A stretch of DNA of 64,000 bases from a virus. This document shows positions 63,991-64,000 of the stretch, piece by piece; within the stretch, counting starts at the first letter, position 1, and the number at the start of each line of letters is the position of its first letter. Made by a program: the position numbers and the translations under genes. The notes under the pieces are model-generated. The model saw nothing but the letters and a program-made list of their open reading frames with translations, did no database searches and was not told the DNA's origin. The stretch lies in the IMG/VR virus record IMGVR_UViG_3300028045_000001, positions 1-64,000 of that record; one strand, written 5' to 3'.

Positions 63991-64000
63991 AAACCCAGTA

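Noticed and set aside
1-64000. tRNA genes, rRNA and CRISPR arrays.
   Set aside because: I scanned the intergenic regions for T-loop-like GGTTCRANYC with a matching acceptor stem, and for regularly spaced direct repeats. I found none. The closest T-loop candidate (CAGGTTCGCAC at about 55841) has no cloverleaf context. A tRNAscan-SE or Infernal run is still needed.
1-64000. Prophage or integrative element boundaries (integrase, transposase, att sites).
   Set aside because: No recombinase-like ORF or tyrosine/serine recombinase motif is seen. The gene content and uniform promoter/terminator grammar fit a contiguous lytic phage genome.

Overview
This window is AT-rich and densely coded. It has about 75 plausible genes, almost all with strong GGAGG-type ribosome-binding sites. 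I found no rRNA, tRNA, CRISPR array, integrase or transposase. The gene content fits an internal segment of a large virulent (jumbo, phiKZ/EL-like) phage genome rather than a bacterial chromosome. The recognisable genes are an SNF2 helicase, a family-B-like DNA polymerase catalytic fragment, RNase HI, a fragment of multisubunit RNA polymerase beta-prime (bridge helix), a GroEL-like chaperonin and an N4-gp49/Sf6-gp66-like protein. There are also long operons of unrecognisable, probably virion, proteins.

Five things stand out:
1. A cassette recurs 13 times: GC-rich hairpin, T tract, then TATATATTAC. It looks like a phage-specific early promoter placed just after the preceding terminator, and it cuts the accessory regions into short transcription units.
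2. An accessory island at about 6.9-21.5 kb is built from expanded paralog families predicted to act on the host envelope. It holds six tandem LapG/BTLCP-like lipoproteins (two have lost the catalytic Cys) and two astacin-like metalloproteases (one has HExxH changed to HMxxH). It also holds BspA/DUF285 repeat proteins and a Zn-ribbon/CCSGH family.
3. A cluster at 23-27.7 kb encodes a macro domain, two HD-domain proteins, a DHH/DHHA1-like protein and small paralogs. It is a candidate nucleotide-signal or ADP-ribose counter-defence island.
4. Four GC-richer, ORF-free intergenic segments have long-range base pairing. They lie at 22.64-23.0 kb, 55.78-56.01 kb, 56.6-56.8 kb and 57.5-57.7 kb, three of them around the RNase H gene, and are candidate structured RNAs or small mobile inserts. 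A (TA)12 microsatellite lies beside them.
5. An A-B paralog pair is segmentally duplicated in a probable structural region.

All functional calls come from motifs read by eye in the supplied translations. No database search was possible.
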